From Monocercomonoides exilis PA203 (lineage: Eukaryota > Protista > Preaxostyla), in contig LSRY02000036.1 in the NCBI GenBank assembly GCA_001643675.2, positions 62,001-126,000 of the forward strand: a stretch of DNA of 64,000 nucleotides. Direction: 5' to 3'. The notes under the pieces were generated by a model. That model was not told where the DNA came from, did no database searches, and saw only the letters and a list, made by a program, of their open reading frames with translations. Positions 44,359 to 56,900 of this stretch are shown in pieces (positions within the stretch are counted from its first letter, which is position 1; every line of letters starts with the position of its first letter). The position numbers and the translations under genes are program-made.

Positions 44359-47300
44359 CTATTCAACGACAGAATTATAGCCTTTCCTTTTTCTTCGGAT
44401 AATGCAAAAAAGAATCGAACATGACACAAATACAACACCTCCAACACAAGCAATAGCTATCAGCGCAATTCCATAGCCAGGAATTCCTGATTTATCCCCC
44501 ATGCTGATTCGCATCCTATTTGACCAGCTTTCTCCTCCATCAACAGAAACATGCAGATACAATGCAGAAGGTGCAGGAATACCAAACTTCGAAATATCAA
44601 TGCTTCCATTTGAAAACAGCTTGTATTGGCTTGAGTTTCCGCTTCCTTCTTTCCTTGCCTCCAATTTTGTGACAATCCCATCTTTCGCATTATTTTTGCT
44701 TCGTTCGCTTTTCCCCATCCATAAAATGGGTGTAAAAAGAGGAAACAGATTTTTCCCTTTGAACTCAATCGCAGGAACTTTAAACGGCTCGATAAATTCA
44801 AATGAATAATAGCTTGGAGTTATCTCTTTAGTCGGCAAGAACACGCAGTTCATAGCTGATGCATCAACTTTTGAATACTTGTTGCAGACTTCGTCACACA
44901 AGCTCTGAAGATTCTCGTTTCGAGGGTTTAGAATCACAACTTGTGAACTTTCACAAGAAACATCAAGAGGAATTGCAAAGCCATCTTCGTCCTTTTCAAT
45001 GTTGTTCTCATAGATGTCATCATCACTCTTAACTTTGGCACCTTTTGAAGCGTAAATCGCTGAATGAGTGTTATTCTTAAAAGTGGTAGATGTTGACAAC
45101 AAAAGATATTCAACTTCCTCATTTAATACCCCAATCCCATACTCAGACTCTGTCCCTGCCCCTGCCCCTTTCTCAGCTTCGGCCTCGGTCTCTGTCAATT
45201 CCTCTGAACCAACAATCGATATTCCACCTCCACATGGAGTCACCGGCCATTTATTATCGGTTTCCTCCATTGAATTTAAAGCAATGCCCTCAATTCTTGC
45301 TCTGCATTCGTTGTTAGCAATTGTGGAATTTTCTATAACGTGAAAATGAACCTCTTCGTTTATTCTCTTTTTCATTCCAGTAAACGTAGCATTCGCACAA
45401 ATTGCATCTTCTTTGTGTGCTTGTTTGTCAATTCTCTTTTCGTGTATCATAATAGCTCCTCCATTTCCAAAGGCCTTATTATTTTTAAAATTGCACTCAG
45501 TAGCATGAAGCCTTGTTCGTTGTGCATCTCCTCTTTCACGCGTTTCGAGAAAAATAGCTCCTCCTTCAAAGGCCGAACAATAATGAAAGTTTGATTTTTC
45601 AAGATTGATGGTGTAATTTTGATTATCAGCTGAAGAAATACACGATAATAACGTTGTCATTTGTGCGTAATCTGCAACAAAAATGGCTCCTCCTCTTCCG
45701 CTATGTTCATATTTATCGTTATAAATGGCTCTGCAAAGCGTGATTGAGACACTTTTTAATTCCACTTCCTTCACATTCTGCTTCACAAAGATAGCTCCGC
45801 CACATATCCCGTTTAGCGATTTCATCATTGTGTGCTGAAATATCAACAAATCGACTTCCTCTACCACAACTCCACCGCTGCGTTCATTTGTGAGCGAGGT
45901 GTGATTTTCCATTATTGTGGAGTAATCTGCATGTTTTTCGCAAATTGTCACATTCATAACTTTCCGTGCGAAAATCATTGCGCCGGAATTGATTGGCTCG
46001 TTTTCCTGAGAATGTTTATCATGCTCTTCATTGCCCTTCATCTCGCAATAAGTGATTTCTAACAAACTCATCTCGCTTTGCCAATCTGCAACTGGCTCAG
46101 CAGCAATACACCCGCCATCGCATCCAAAACAGTTCTCAAACGAACAAGTAGTTATGAATATTTTATCGACATCTGCACAAAAGATCGCTCCTGCTTCCAA
46201 ACTTGATGCATGATTCTTAAAACTACTGTGAATATAAGGTGGATTACCGCCTATATTAAGCTCTTCAATTGCTACAACATGCAAGAGTACTTCTGGAGTA
46301 ATTTTATCCTTTTCATTGGCACTCCATGTTCCTTCAAATTCACATTCCTTCAGCAAGCATTTCTGTCCTGCTTTGATTCCTCTTCCATTGATAGAAAGGC
46401 AGCTTCCTCGCGCCCCGTGTGAGCAATTCATTCGACAGTATAAGCACGTGATAGAACGCCCTGTATACACACACCCACCAAAGCCACCCTTCGTATCTGT
46501 TTCGTTTCCTGCTCCTGAATCGCAACCAGAAAAAGTGCATGACTCCAACTTTGCGGGCTTTTCTTCATCTATCAATTTTTCGCTAACCGAAGATATGTAC
46601 ACGCCTGCACCTCCTCCGAGATTTTTCTCTCCTGTTGCTTTGGTATCTGTCGCACAACAAGCTACCATGTGAATTTCTTTCACGCTCTCTCCAACAAACA
46701 GCCCCCCACCTTGTGTTGCTGTCAGATTCATAAAAACAGCTCCTTTGATTTCAACATATTTTGCTACGTCTATATAAAGTCCTGCTCCTTGTCCATCAAT
46801 TGTATGGTGTTCAAAGCTCGTCATAATTTCTTTGTCAGCCTTATACGTTGCATAAATATAAAATTCTTCAATATCAATAATTGTAACAAGGGATCCTGTT
46901 CCCTTTTCGTTTCCTTTTCCAGAGAATGAACATCCATTTAATGTTACTGTACCAATTTTTGAAAGTTCGAGAATTGGAGATCTTGAAGTTGAAAATTTGC
47001 ATAATTTGAAATCAATACTAAAATTTAAATGAGAAAAATTTTTGAAAATCATTAAAAGTAAAGAATTTTTAGCATAAAAACAAACCTCTCAATATTTGAA
47101 AACTTCAGCAAAGGTTCGGTTATGTATGAACAAGTGTAAATATAATCTTCATCTAATCCTTGCTCAAATAAAACGTATTCCTTGACCTTATCCGAAGAAA
47201 ATGGATATTGACATTCTTTTATATTTTCAGAAAAAACTTTTATGTCGGATTGTTCATCCAGAATTCGAAATAACCCAGAAAAAGTTTTGCATGGCTTTGA

Positions 47301-47402
47301 ATGATCCTCAAGGCAACTATCATCATTCCCTGTTTTAAGCTTCAACGAATACTTGGTATGCTCCGCAATAACACAAAAGATTAAAGCAAGAAAAAATTTC
47401 AT
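44359..47402 (-). CDS. Type I membrane protein with right-handed beta-helix (Pmp/pectin lyase-like) repeats, 2 exons
   Basis: Signal-like MKFFLALIFCVIA, phase-2 intron 47085-47018, repeated GGAI/GGGL and FxNN motifs, a C-terminal TM helix and the tail RRKRKGYNSVVE. Confidence 0.85.
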
Positions 47403-48093
47403 GTTTATAATTTGATCTAATACATAATATATTGCGAAGATGAGTTTTTCATTTTTATACAAAATAAGCATTTGCTTTGTGTCAACATAAATATGAAATT
47501 CTTTCAAGTAGACCTGTGCGACAAGTGGAAAATTTTGATAGTAACTGACACTGGTGACCGACAGGACAATTATTTCATGATCAAAACCTTTATTTTATAA
47601 ATCACATATTAATTTATTTTTTCAAAAAGAAATCATTTTTGGTGTTTATTAATACAAGCATTATTATTATTTTTGAAATAATACTTTTAAGAATGATAAT
47701 TGAATAAAAAAAATGTTTTTTGAAATGTTGTGAACTGAGAGAATAATGGTTTTCTAACAAGATCAGCGAAACTTAGAATTTCTTTAGCCACTGGAATTCT
47801 CTTTCTGGAAAAGTCTGTCACTTTGCTTTAAAATTATGGATCCAAATAACAAATTGAATCTCCCTCACAAGCAAAAACTGTCTCTTTCTAATCCTATAAT
47901 CGTGTGTTGCATGTCGATTTTGTTTTTTCGTTAAACCATTTTTTGCTTTTTTGACTGGATTCAGTAAGCATCATTCATCAAAAAGTTGGTGATTTGTCAA
48001 GCAAAAACTGTGAATTTGTTTCCTTGGAATTGATCAAAGCAACAGACAAAGGAAACAGAATGTTGTTCACAAAAAAAAGAATTTAAAAATATC

Positions 48094-48094
<1 letters not shown>

Positions 48095-48155
<61 letters not shown>
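48095..48155. repeat. Poly-T tract of about 61 nt
   Basis: Directly visible; followed by a TTTACAG acceptor-like sequence. Confidence 0.9.
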
Positions 48156-48161
<6 letters not shown>

Positions 48162-48187
48162 ACAGGCATCCAAGAGATTTATCAAAA

Positions 48188-50873
48188 ATGATTACAAAAA
48201 TATCATTAGAAGTTAACATAGATGTTTTATGGATATCGTTCACACCAGTTTTGCAAGATGGGAATCAAAAAAAAGATAGGCATTGCTATTTCTTGTGCCC
48301 CAATTCAAAAAAAGGAATTGCGTGTGGTTTTTCAGGAAGAAGAGGCAATTACTCAATTGAGAATCACAAGTGTTATTTATTGTCGAATCAAAGTGTGGAA
48401 TAATATATGAAACCAAAATCAAATGAAGTCGAAAAATTAAATCCAAAAAAGGAGAATAAGAAAAGTCAATTTAATCCTTTTAAGCTATACAACCTTTATT
48501 CATTCGATTTATCAGTCAGTGCAATGTTTCATTTCTTTCTGCTTCATCGACAGAGTTCAATGAGTTCATTACTGAACTTGTTGCAGTTTCTCAACAAAAC
48601 CCGTCAATTCCATCAAAATCAATATTTCTGAGAATAACTTCAAGAAGGATTTCAACTTTGTTGCTTTATAAAATGGAAAAGAATGAAAAAAAAATCTTCT
48701 CAAATTTATCAAATACGGCAGTTGCAGTTATTATAGATGGATGTGTTGTTGCTGGGCAAAAAATTACTGTTGAAAATATTGTCCCTTTGTTAATGAATGC
48801 AAAACCATTATTCTGGAAATTGTATTTATCATGTTACACAAAAAGCGATTTTGAAAAACTATCATAGTCTATGATGCGTGAAATGAGGATGCTGAATTCT
48901 GAAGTTCGTTGTTTTTGCAGTGATTGTCTCAAGCCTCAGAAATAAGCACTTGAACAAATAAATTCGGTGGACTCTACAGACATTCATGAATAATAACATA
49001 ATTTATTCTGTTCGATTTTCGTCTATTGCATGAACCATCTGTGCAATCTAATTCTAACAAGAATCATCAATTGAAACCATTTTTTGTCAAATATTTTTTG
49101 TCAAATAATTGAGTTTTCCAAAAAAACTAATCCTTTCAAAAAACGAAAAAGTTCATATGAGAAAGTGTCCCACATTTGTTTCCACAAGATGGTTATGCAT
49201 TTATCAGATGTGCAAATATATTAGGATGAATTAAGAAATAGCAATAAAAGAAGAACCTCTGACAGAATGTTTTATTTGCGAAGTTTTGAAATTAGAGATA
49301 TTGCTTTTTCCCCTATATGTGTTGAATCTGTTTTTTGAAAAAGATTCACAAAGTTGTGTTACGTTTTTACAGAAATATATAAGACATGAACCAGATATTA
49401 CACAATTTCTCAAAACCGGAATTATTCATAGCAAAACATGGACGAAATGTGTCACAGATTTATATATTGATTTTGACAACTCTTTTTTGACATGTCAATG
49501 AGGAGATATGATTGCTCTTGCTTTTTCATTAACTTCTTTTGGTTTAAATCAATTTAGGAATGAGAAATTTATTAGCAGCTTTTGCTTGGAAATAAAAAAC
49601 ATGAGTCATCGTTCATTAAATGAACCTTATTCTTGTGCAAGTGATCTTCACTTTATTAATGAAAAATCAATTTCTTCAGGTTCCTTTCGTGAATCAAATC
49701 CATGTTCATTTTTTTCTTCTAGAAAGTCAAAAAGATCATCTTATCCTATCAACGAAGTTAATTTTTCAAGCATTCCTTCCTCTTCTTCCTCGACAACAGC
49801 AAACAGTTCAATTGAATCACTAGATCAAATAGTTGATGAAACAAGTTTTGCAGAAAATCAATCCTTGTCATATTCTGATCATTCAGATAAAAGTTCATGT
49901 TCATTCACAAGTATTCATTCACCACTTTCTTAACGATCTTTTGAAAAAGCGGTCTCTGCTGCAACGAAGCCAGCACCAGCAAGTTTTGTCTTTCACGATG
50001 TTTCAACGGAATGACCGAAAGATCCAACAACAAGAACAGTAAGAAGTGTTTCAACCTTTCAAAAAGAAACTGAAATATCTTTATAACTTTCATTGCTGGA
50101 TGTTCTGGAATCGACAGAAAAAGTGGATACAGAAATGGATAACAAAGATAAGCAACCAATTACAGAAACTGTTTTTAAAGAAATCTTTGGATTAACAACA
50201 GCAGGACTGGAAGCCGAAGACGACGAATTTACAGATAATTCTCAAGTCAGCAACAATCAAGACAAAAGCACGTATGTATTTTCTTTGTGATCGCGTTTGT
50301 CAAGAAGATATGATGCTGTAAATACATTGACTCAAATAGAAGAAGAAGAAACATATGAAAACAGCACAATGGAAGATGTCGAAGAAGTTGATGTTAAGAA
50401 AGTTTGATCAAACAAAAAAATTACTCAAAAAGCTTCTGACAACGTACATAAAAACAACGAAATCATTATCAGTATAAATTCCATTTTGACATCTTCTTGG
50501 GATTTTAAGATTGGTTAACGCTTTCAATTTATTTGTAAATCAGTCTTTGGAAAGATTTGAGGTAGACATCAAAAATAATTGCCATATGCTTAACGGAGAG
50601 TTCCTTTATCCAATTTGCAGTTGTGACTTGTTTCAAAATCCTCATTCGTTTAAATCAGTTATTGGTCCAAAAGGAATGTTTGACACTATATTGGCCAATA
50701 TTTGAACATCCCACATTTCGTTCCCATGCAGCGAAGCATCATGTAAACGTGTTCTTTCCAGAATACGAAGAATAACAGGTGACAGAAGATATTTCCTTCA
50801 TCTGGAGAGACTGAATTCTCTTTTATTAATATTGCCAAAGATTTATGCGTATGTCACATTTCTTTTCAAATAA
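48188..50873 (+). mobile_element. Decayed hAT-superfamily transposase
   Basis: Motifs in hAT order across broken frames: AVIIDG (about 48725-48741), RCFCSD (about 48907), VYCMNHLCNL (CxxH, 49021), CPTFVSTRW (about 49165) and PCSEASCKRVLS...GDRR (dimerisation region, about 50724-50790; catalytic E appears as K). Confidence 0.8.
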
Positions 50874-52668
50874 ATATCATAAAAATATTTTTATTTCATC
50901 CTTTTGTTCTTTCAACAATGAAATGTTGTTTCAAGGGAAATAACAACAGGATTGTTCACAATCAATGTTTCGAAACTGAAATAAAGCACTGAAGCTGTTT
51001 TCATGCTGATAATGAATAAGTTTCTCATCCAAAACATTCTTTAATGAGGTTCAATATCAATTCATACGGATATTTTGGAAGATGCAAATTTCTAATTCTC
51101 AGCCAGCGCATATAAAAGAAAATGCAATTAGAGATGATATTTTTTGCCACAATTAAACTCGCAAAAATCAAACATTAATTATTCTTCAATTTAATTTTTT
51201 GTAATTATAAAATTGTTGCGTTCATTGCTTCTTTGTGGATTGCATCATCATGGATCAAAACAAAGAACTCAGAATATGACGGAAAATATGAACATTCATG
51301 CTTTTAATGCACAAAGCACAAAAAAATCGTTTCACATATAACATTATTAAACTTAACCAGATTTCAAAATATATTTGATTTTCATATCTGTAAACAAACA
51401 TCATATTCATAATAACATTATGTTTTATCATCTCGCACGTATTTCAGAAAATGAATCCATTTTGTTGAAATTTTTTGTTCACAAAAAGCTATTCAAAAGT
51501 GCATAATTTTTCAATGAAAAAGCTTGAAGTCAAATATTTTGTTCCATATTGACTGTTTTTCAAACTCCAAGTCAAAGGTTTTCTTTTTCGATAAATATTA
51601 TTTCACTTATTTTTTTCTTTATTGGTCAAAATTTCAACATACAAATCTGTTTCTTGATTAAGCCGTTTGCAACAAGAAATAACCATATCCAATTCTCTTT
51701 CTTTTTATTCTTCCTATTTTCCAAAATTTAGGCTTATCCTTATATCTCACTCAGTCCAATTAATGTTTTTATTCTCAGCTTTCGTTTTCACATCATGTTA
51801 TTGCAGTTGCTTCCTTTTTTTGAAAAGAACAGTTCTTTTATTTTCCAAGTCAATCAAAAGAGAACAAGCTCCACTTCAATATGTGACATTTTTTCTCGTC
51901 ATGATCCAAGAAACTGTTAACTTATTCACATGAGTTGTTTTGCATTTTTCAGAATATTTGTCTAAAATTTTTTGAAAAGTTCCTTTTGTTTATATTTAAA
52001 ATAAAATAATAATTTCATATTTCTCTCAAATTTCTGTTCTTTCTCATGAAACTTTGCTAAAATAGAAATTATACCAATGTCAAGATTTTGCTTTCACGAC
52101 AAAGAAATATGGTGAGTGGAAACAGAAATTAGATCGAAATATGAAATTTTTATATTATTTGAAAAATAAACGAAAGGAACTTTTCAAAAAAATTTAGACA
52201 TTTCTTTATCGGAAATTTTTGTTTTTTTTAAAAAACAACTGGATAGTTAATCTGCTTAAAAATAAATGTGAAAAGAAGGAGAATAATATTGTGTCGAAGT
52301 TGAAAAGGACGAAAAAGAAGATTATAAAAAAGAAAGAAAGAAAGAAGAAGAAGAAGTGAAAAATGAAATAGATGCATTAGGAGAAGCTGAAAAGTGTGTG
52401 ACTGATAAAGGCTAAGAGGCATTGTTGCAATTAGAGGAGGGGAATTTGAAGGTTTGCCTATTTCAGAAAATTGAAGAAAAGAAAAAGAAAGAAGACACAA
52501 ATGAAATACTCTTTGAAAAAAAAGATCCTCATTTATCATGCAATTAACGATGTCTCTGTGTTATTTATATTTCTGTTTTCGAGGAGTAATATGAACAAAA
52601 GATGATGACTTCAATTTTCTCTTTTCTCCTCTCTTTTTTCATCAACATCATCTTCTTCTTCTTCTCCA

Positions 52669-52960
52669 TCTTCCTCTTCCTCTTCCTCTTCCTCTTCCTC
52701 TTCCTCTTCCTCTTCCTCTTCCTCTTCCTCTTCCTCTTCCTCTTCCTCTTCCTCTTCCTCTTCCTCTTCCTCTTCCTCTTCCTCTTCCTCTTCCTCTTCC
52801 TCTTCCTCTTCCTCTTCCTCTTCCTCTTCCTCTTCCTCTTCCTCTTCCTCTTCCTCTTCCTCTTCCTCTTCCTCTTCCTCTTCCTCTTCCTCTTCCTCTT
52901 CCTCTTCCTCTTCCTCTTCCTCTTCCTCTTCCTCTTCCTCTTCCTCTTCCTCTTCCTCTT
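52669..52960. repeat. (TCTTCC)n perfect hexanucleotide array, about 48 units
   Basis: Directly visible; reads as poly-Glu on the minus strand. Confidence 0.95.
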
Positions 52961-54071
52961 TCTTTTTCTTCTCATTGCTCTTATGCGGACCACTTGCTAG
53001 CACCAAAGCTTAAACTGAAGCTGAAGATGAAACATGGTCAATTTTTCCTCACCATTTTGTTGAACCGACAAGCAAATGAGGACTAACTTTCATGATCTTT
53101 TTTTTTCGAAACTGTCATTTCTCCTTGTGCAACATACATCACTTGCATAGATCAAAGAAGAATATAACTGCTTAGAGGAGGAAATTCAGAAAGAGGAAAG
53201 AGGAATTGGAACAGCAGGAAAAGACGACAGTGAAGATGATGAAGATGAAGAAGATATGGATAATCGATAAGAAGAAGATGATGATAATGATTTTTTTGTG
53301 AAACAGAAGAAAGAGAAAGCGAAATCTCACCTGAATTAAGTGTTTGTTTGAATGAAGAAAGCTAAGTCACAAGATCTCGTTATCGCGTCAATTATTGTTG
53401 ATTCCGGGAGAATCAAGGCAAACAAGTCAGTATGAAATAATGAGGTTTGTGAATGGTGCTTGTGGAAGAGGAAGTGATGCTGATAACGATGATGATAATT
53501 TGTGTGAAGAAGACGATGAAGAAGATGAAGATGATTATTATCATGAAGAGGAAGAAGAGGAAGAAGAAAGCAGTGAACACCATAGTGACGAACAATCATC
53601 CAGTTCGTTTATTAACGACTTTGTGACGAGACAGTGCAACAAGAATGTGATTCCTTCACACAAAAACCTAACAGAACAAACAGATTCTTCGTGAACGACG
53701 TGAAGAATGAACTTACCCCATCTTTCTCGACAGCGTTTGGTGACATCAGCTTCATGACGGAAGGAAGGGTTGAAAATGGAGTGGTGCAGAGCGGTTTGTT
53801 AGGATAGACAGAACTGGTTCATCAAATTGAGGAGAAAAACAACACAATGATCATTCAGCCTGAATACAAAGAAATGTGTGTGAAGATTGCAAAGGAGCAA
53901 GAAAGTTCGAAAATGAAAACGCAGAAAAAATGAAGTTGAAAGAATAAAAATATTTCAATTTTGTTAATCTTTAAATTAAATTGCAGCCTTCAAAAACATA
54001 TAATTTTTTCTAAATTTTTTTATAAATGATTGATTATTCCTTCTCAAAATAAAAAAATTTAGACGTATGAT

Positions 54072-56900
54072 ATGAAATGCAATTCATTCACTATCACTTC
54101 TTCAAAGCTTTTTTTTGAGAGTTCGGAAAGAAAACTTCTCCCAAGCAGACTAATACACCAGTTGCGTCAGAATGTTATTCTCAAGATAATATTTGATGAT
54201 TTCTTTGATTTCATTCAGATAAAGATCAATTTCAACTTTCTATTCAAATATTTGGAAAAATATTAATAAAGTCTAAAAGGAAATAGAAACGCCCACACGT
54301 TAAAGTTATAATTATATCTTGACCTTTTTTTATCAAGACCTTTTTTTTAATAAATCATTAACTTTTCTTTCAATATCATATTTTTTTAAGTGTTTTAAGT
54401 ATATATATGAATTCAATAGATAAAAATAAATACATTTTGAAACAAACCCAATTTCGCATGGGAGAGAGAGAGAGATGGTGGGGTTTAGCCCCTTCATTGA
54501 ACTTCTGTGTGGAATTGGAGGGTTACATGGAGCATAAAACCTTTTGTTTGTTAAAAATGTGATTTTTTCGATTTTTTTTATTTCATTTCAATAAAAAATA
54601 AAAAATTATTATGATCAAAAAAAATAAAAATAAAAAAGTGAAAATACATTCAGATACAAAATAAAAAGAAGGAAAGTTAAAAATGCAACACACAATGTCA
54701 TCGCGTAAGTACAGGAAGTATCACAGTCGGCTGGAGCGAATGGCTCACATCGTTGTTGATGGAGTTGTTCGCATGACGGATGCAATTAATTCAAAGGAAT
54801 TCAGCCGCACAGGTATCAAAGATGCTGTGAGAGCTCTCAGAAAAGGAAGGCTGGTTGGAAAAATTGGCAGACCTGCAGCAGTTGTTGGCGAAAAGGAACA
54901 AAGAGTTTTAGACATTATTCACATCGAAGCAAAGTCTGGAACATGTCTCACTTAAAAAAAACTAGAGAATTGGTTTGTTTAATTTTTATTTATATGTTAT
55001 TTGATTTGTTTTTCAGATAGAAAATGTTATAAACGACAACGATGACGAAGACGTGTCATTTTTCGAAGTTTCAATGTCTGCCACGTATGGCTTTATCAAG
55101 CGTCATCCAAAGCTGAACACTGGAACTCCAAAGAATTTGGACATCAACCGATTGGCTGTTTCGTGCAGAAGTGTTTTGAAACATTGGTTTAAAACACTCG
55201 ACGATCTGCATGAAAAATTCAATTGCAACCCAGCTTTAATTATAAACATTGACGAATCTTCAACGCGCGTTCCCACAGACTCAAAACGGCTTGTAGTTCA
55301 TACAGCAGATACAAAAGCAGGTTTTTCGAAGGAACCACCAAGAATGATTAATTCTTCATTCGTGGCAGCCGTTGCAGCGGACGGATATGCCTTTCCTTCT
55401 GTCATTTTGTTGCCAAATGTCAACCTGCCAGATGTGCTGAAAAGCCTGTTATCTCCAACGCTAGAGATATGGGCAAATGGAAGCGGCTGGATGGACAACT
55501 AGTGCTTCAAAAGGAATACTCTCACCGCTCTTCCGCATTCAATCATCGAAAGAAGAAAGAACATATCACTTGAAAAAGAACTTATTCTTCTCCTTCTTGA
55601 TTCTCATACATCTCGTTCATATCCATCGACACGGCGAGAATTCCAAAAACAACAAATCAACGTTTTAACCTTCGTGCCACACAGCACATTCCTCTGTCAA
55701 CCACTGGACAGAGGAATGTTTGCTGTGTTCAAATCTGAACTGACAAACTGATTTGAAGCTCCATCGTCTTCTTCATCTTCCTCCAAACGAGCAACAATTT
55801 CCGACATTCTGCCTCAAGCCATCCACACTGCATTATCACCTTCTGTGATTCAGAAAGCTTTTGTCTGAAGTGGTGTTCTTCACAAGTCTTCTGGGCTTGT
55901 TTTTTTGAAACTGCCCGAATCTTCAATTTTCCCTCTTCCATCCCGAATAAATAGATTCAACTTTAATGGAAAAGTGATTACCGAAGAAAATCTTCAAGAG
56001 AAACGGGAAAATCATTTAAAAATGAACATTGAAATAAAAAATGAAATGGATTAAAAGGAGAAAGATGAAGTGAAGACTGTTGTGGATGATAAGAAAAAAA
56101 TAAAAAGAAGATTTCTCCACGTTAAATACGATTATTTTGACGATGAAAAGAAAGATCACGCATTGAATCGAGCTGAAGGAAAAAGAAAAGTTATTAGAAG
56201 AATTTATTCTGATATTGTTTTCTTTTAATGAAGTTATTTTTGTAATTTTTTTCACTTCATTTTTTTGTGTCAGAATAAAGAAAAAGGGTCAGGATAAAAT
56301 AATAACCTTGTATACGTTCATGTAACTCCAAACCAGCTGCCTTTTCCATTTCCTCTTGAACTTTCAAATTTTTCTCTTTCCTTGACATAGGAAATATTTG
56401 TTTAGACATATATATTGAAAGCAATTTTGATTGGAAAAAAAGCTGAGAAAAATGCATCATTCGCAAAGATCAACAAGATTCTGTTCATTTTTTTCCACTT
56501 TTTTCTTTTTTTTTCTTCGTTCATTTTTTTTTTCTTTCATCCAATAAAGTGTTTTCAAAGCCATCAATCCATGTTCCTCTTTGCACTTCAAAATACCAAA
56601 TTCTCTTCAACAAACAAAAATTATCTCTCGTTAATATTTTATTTTCTTTATTCTTGATGTCAATATTGGAGAACAGTTCTGTTGTGAGTTCATTATTTAA
56701 TTCTTCTCATCCATCTCTTTCATCAGTGCATTCATCGCTTTTCTTTTTTGTCTCTGTTTTTATTCTGCTCAACATTCTTTATCAGATAACAATCCTTTTA
56801 AATAATATAAAGATAAATATTCAATCACGTAGAATGCAAATTCATCATTATCTTCAAACCACTTCATTTCTCAATGGTGAAACTTGCTAAATAGCAAAAT
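54072..56900 (-). pseudogene. 'LTRLAYQSAW' family relic split by the pogo insertion
   Basis: Exon-2 relic DLYLNEIKEIIKYY...LTQLVY*SAWE at 54130-54240; exon-1-like RKEKNLKVQEEMEKA at 56335-56385 on the other side of the element. Confidence 0.55.
54303..56310 (+). mobile_element. Decayed pogo/Fot1-type (Tc1-mariner, DD35D) DNA transposon
   Basis: GRP HTH region, intron 54973-55016, INIDESS, GSGWMD and LLLLDSHTSR...PHSTFLCQPLD with 35 residues between the last two Asp. Stops at 54953, 55500, 55749 and about 55865. Degenerate TIRs (TATCTTGACC and GGTCAGGATA) flanked by TA at 54301 and 56311. Confidence 0.88.

Noticed and set aside
48095-48155. Retroelement poly-A tail
   Set aside because: No target duplication or retroelement body; it fits an expanded intronic polypyrimidine tract.
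54950-55870. RIP-like C-to-T hypermutation inferred from nonsense codons
   Set aside because: Stop codons commonly arise from CAA/CAG/CGA anyway; this cannot be supported without a consensus alignment.
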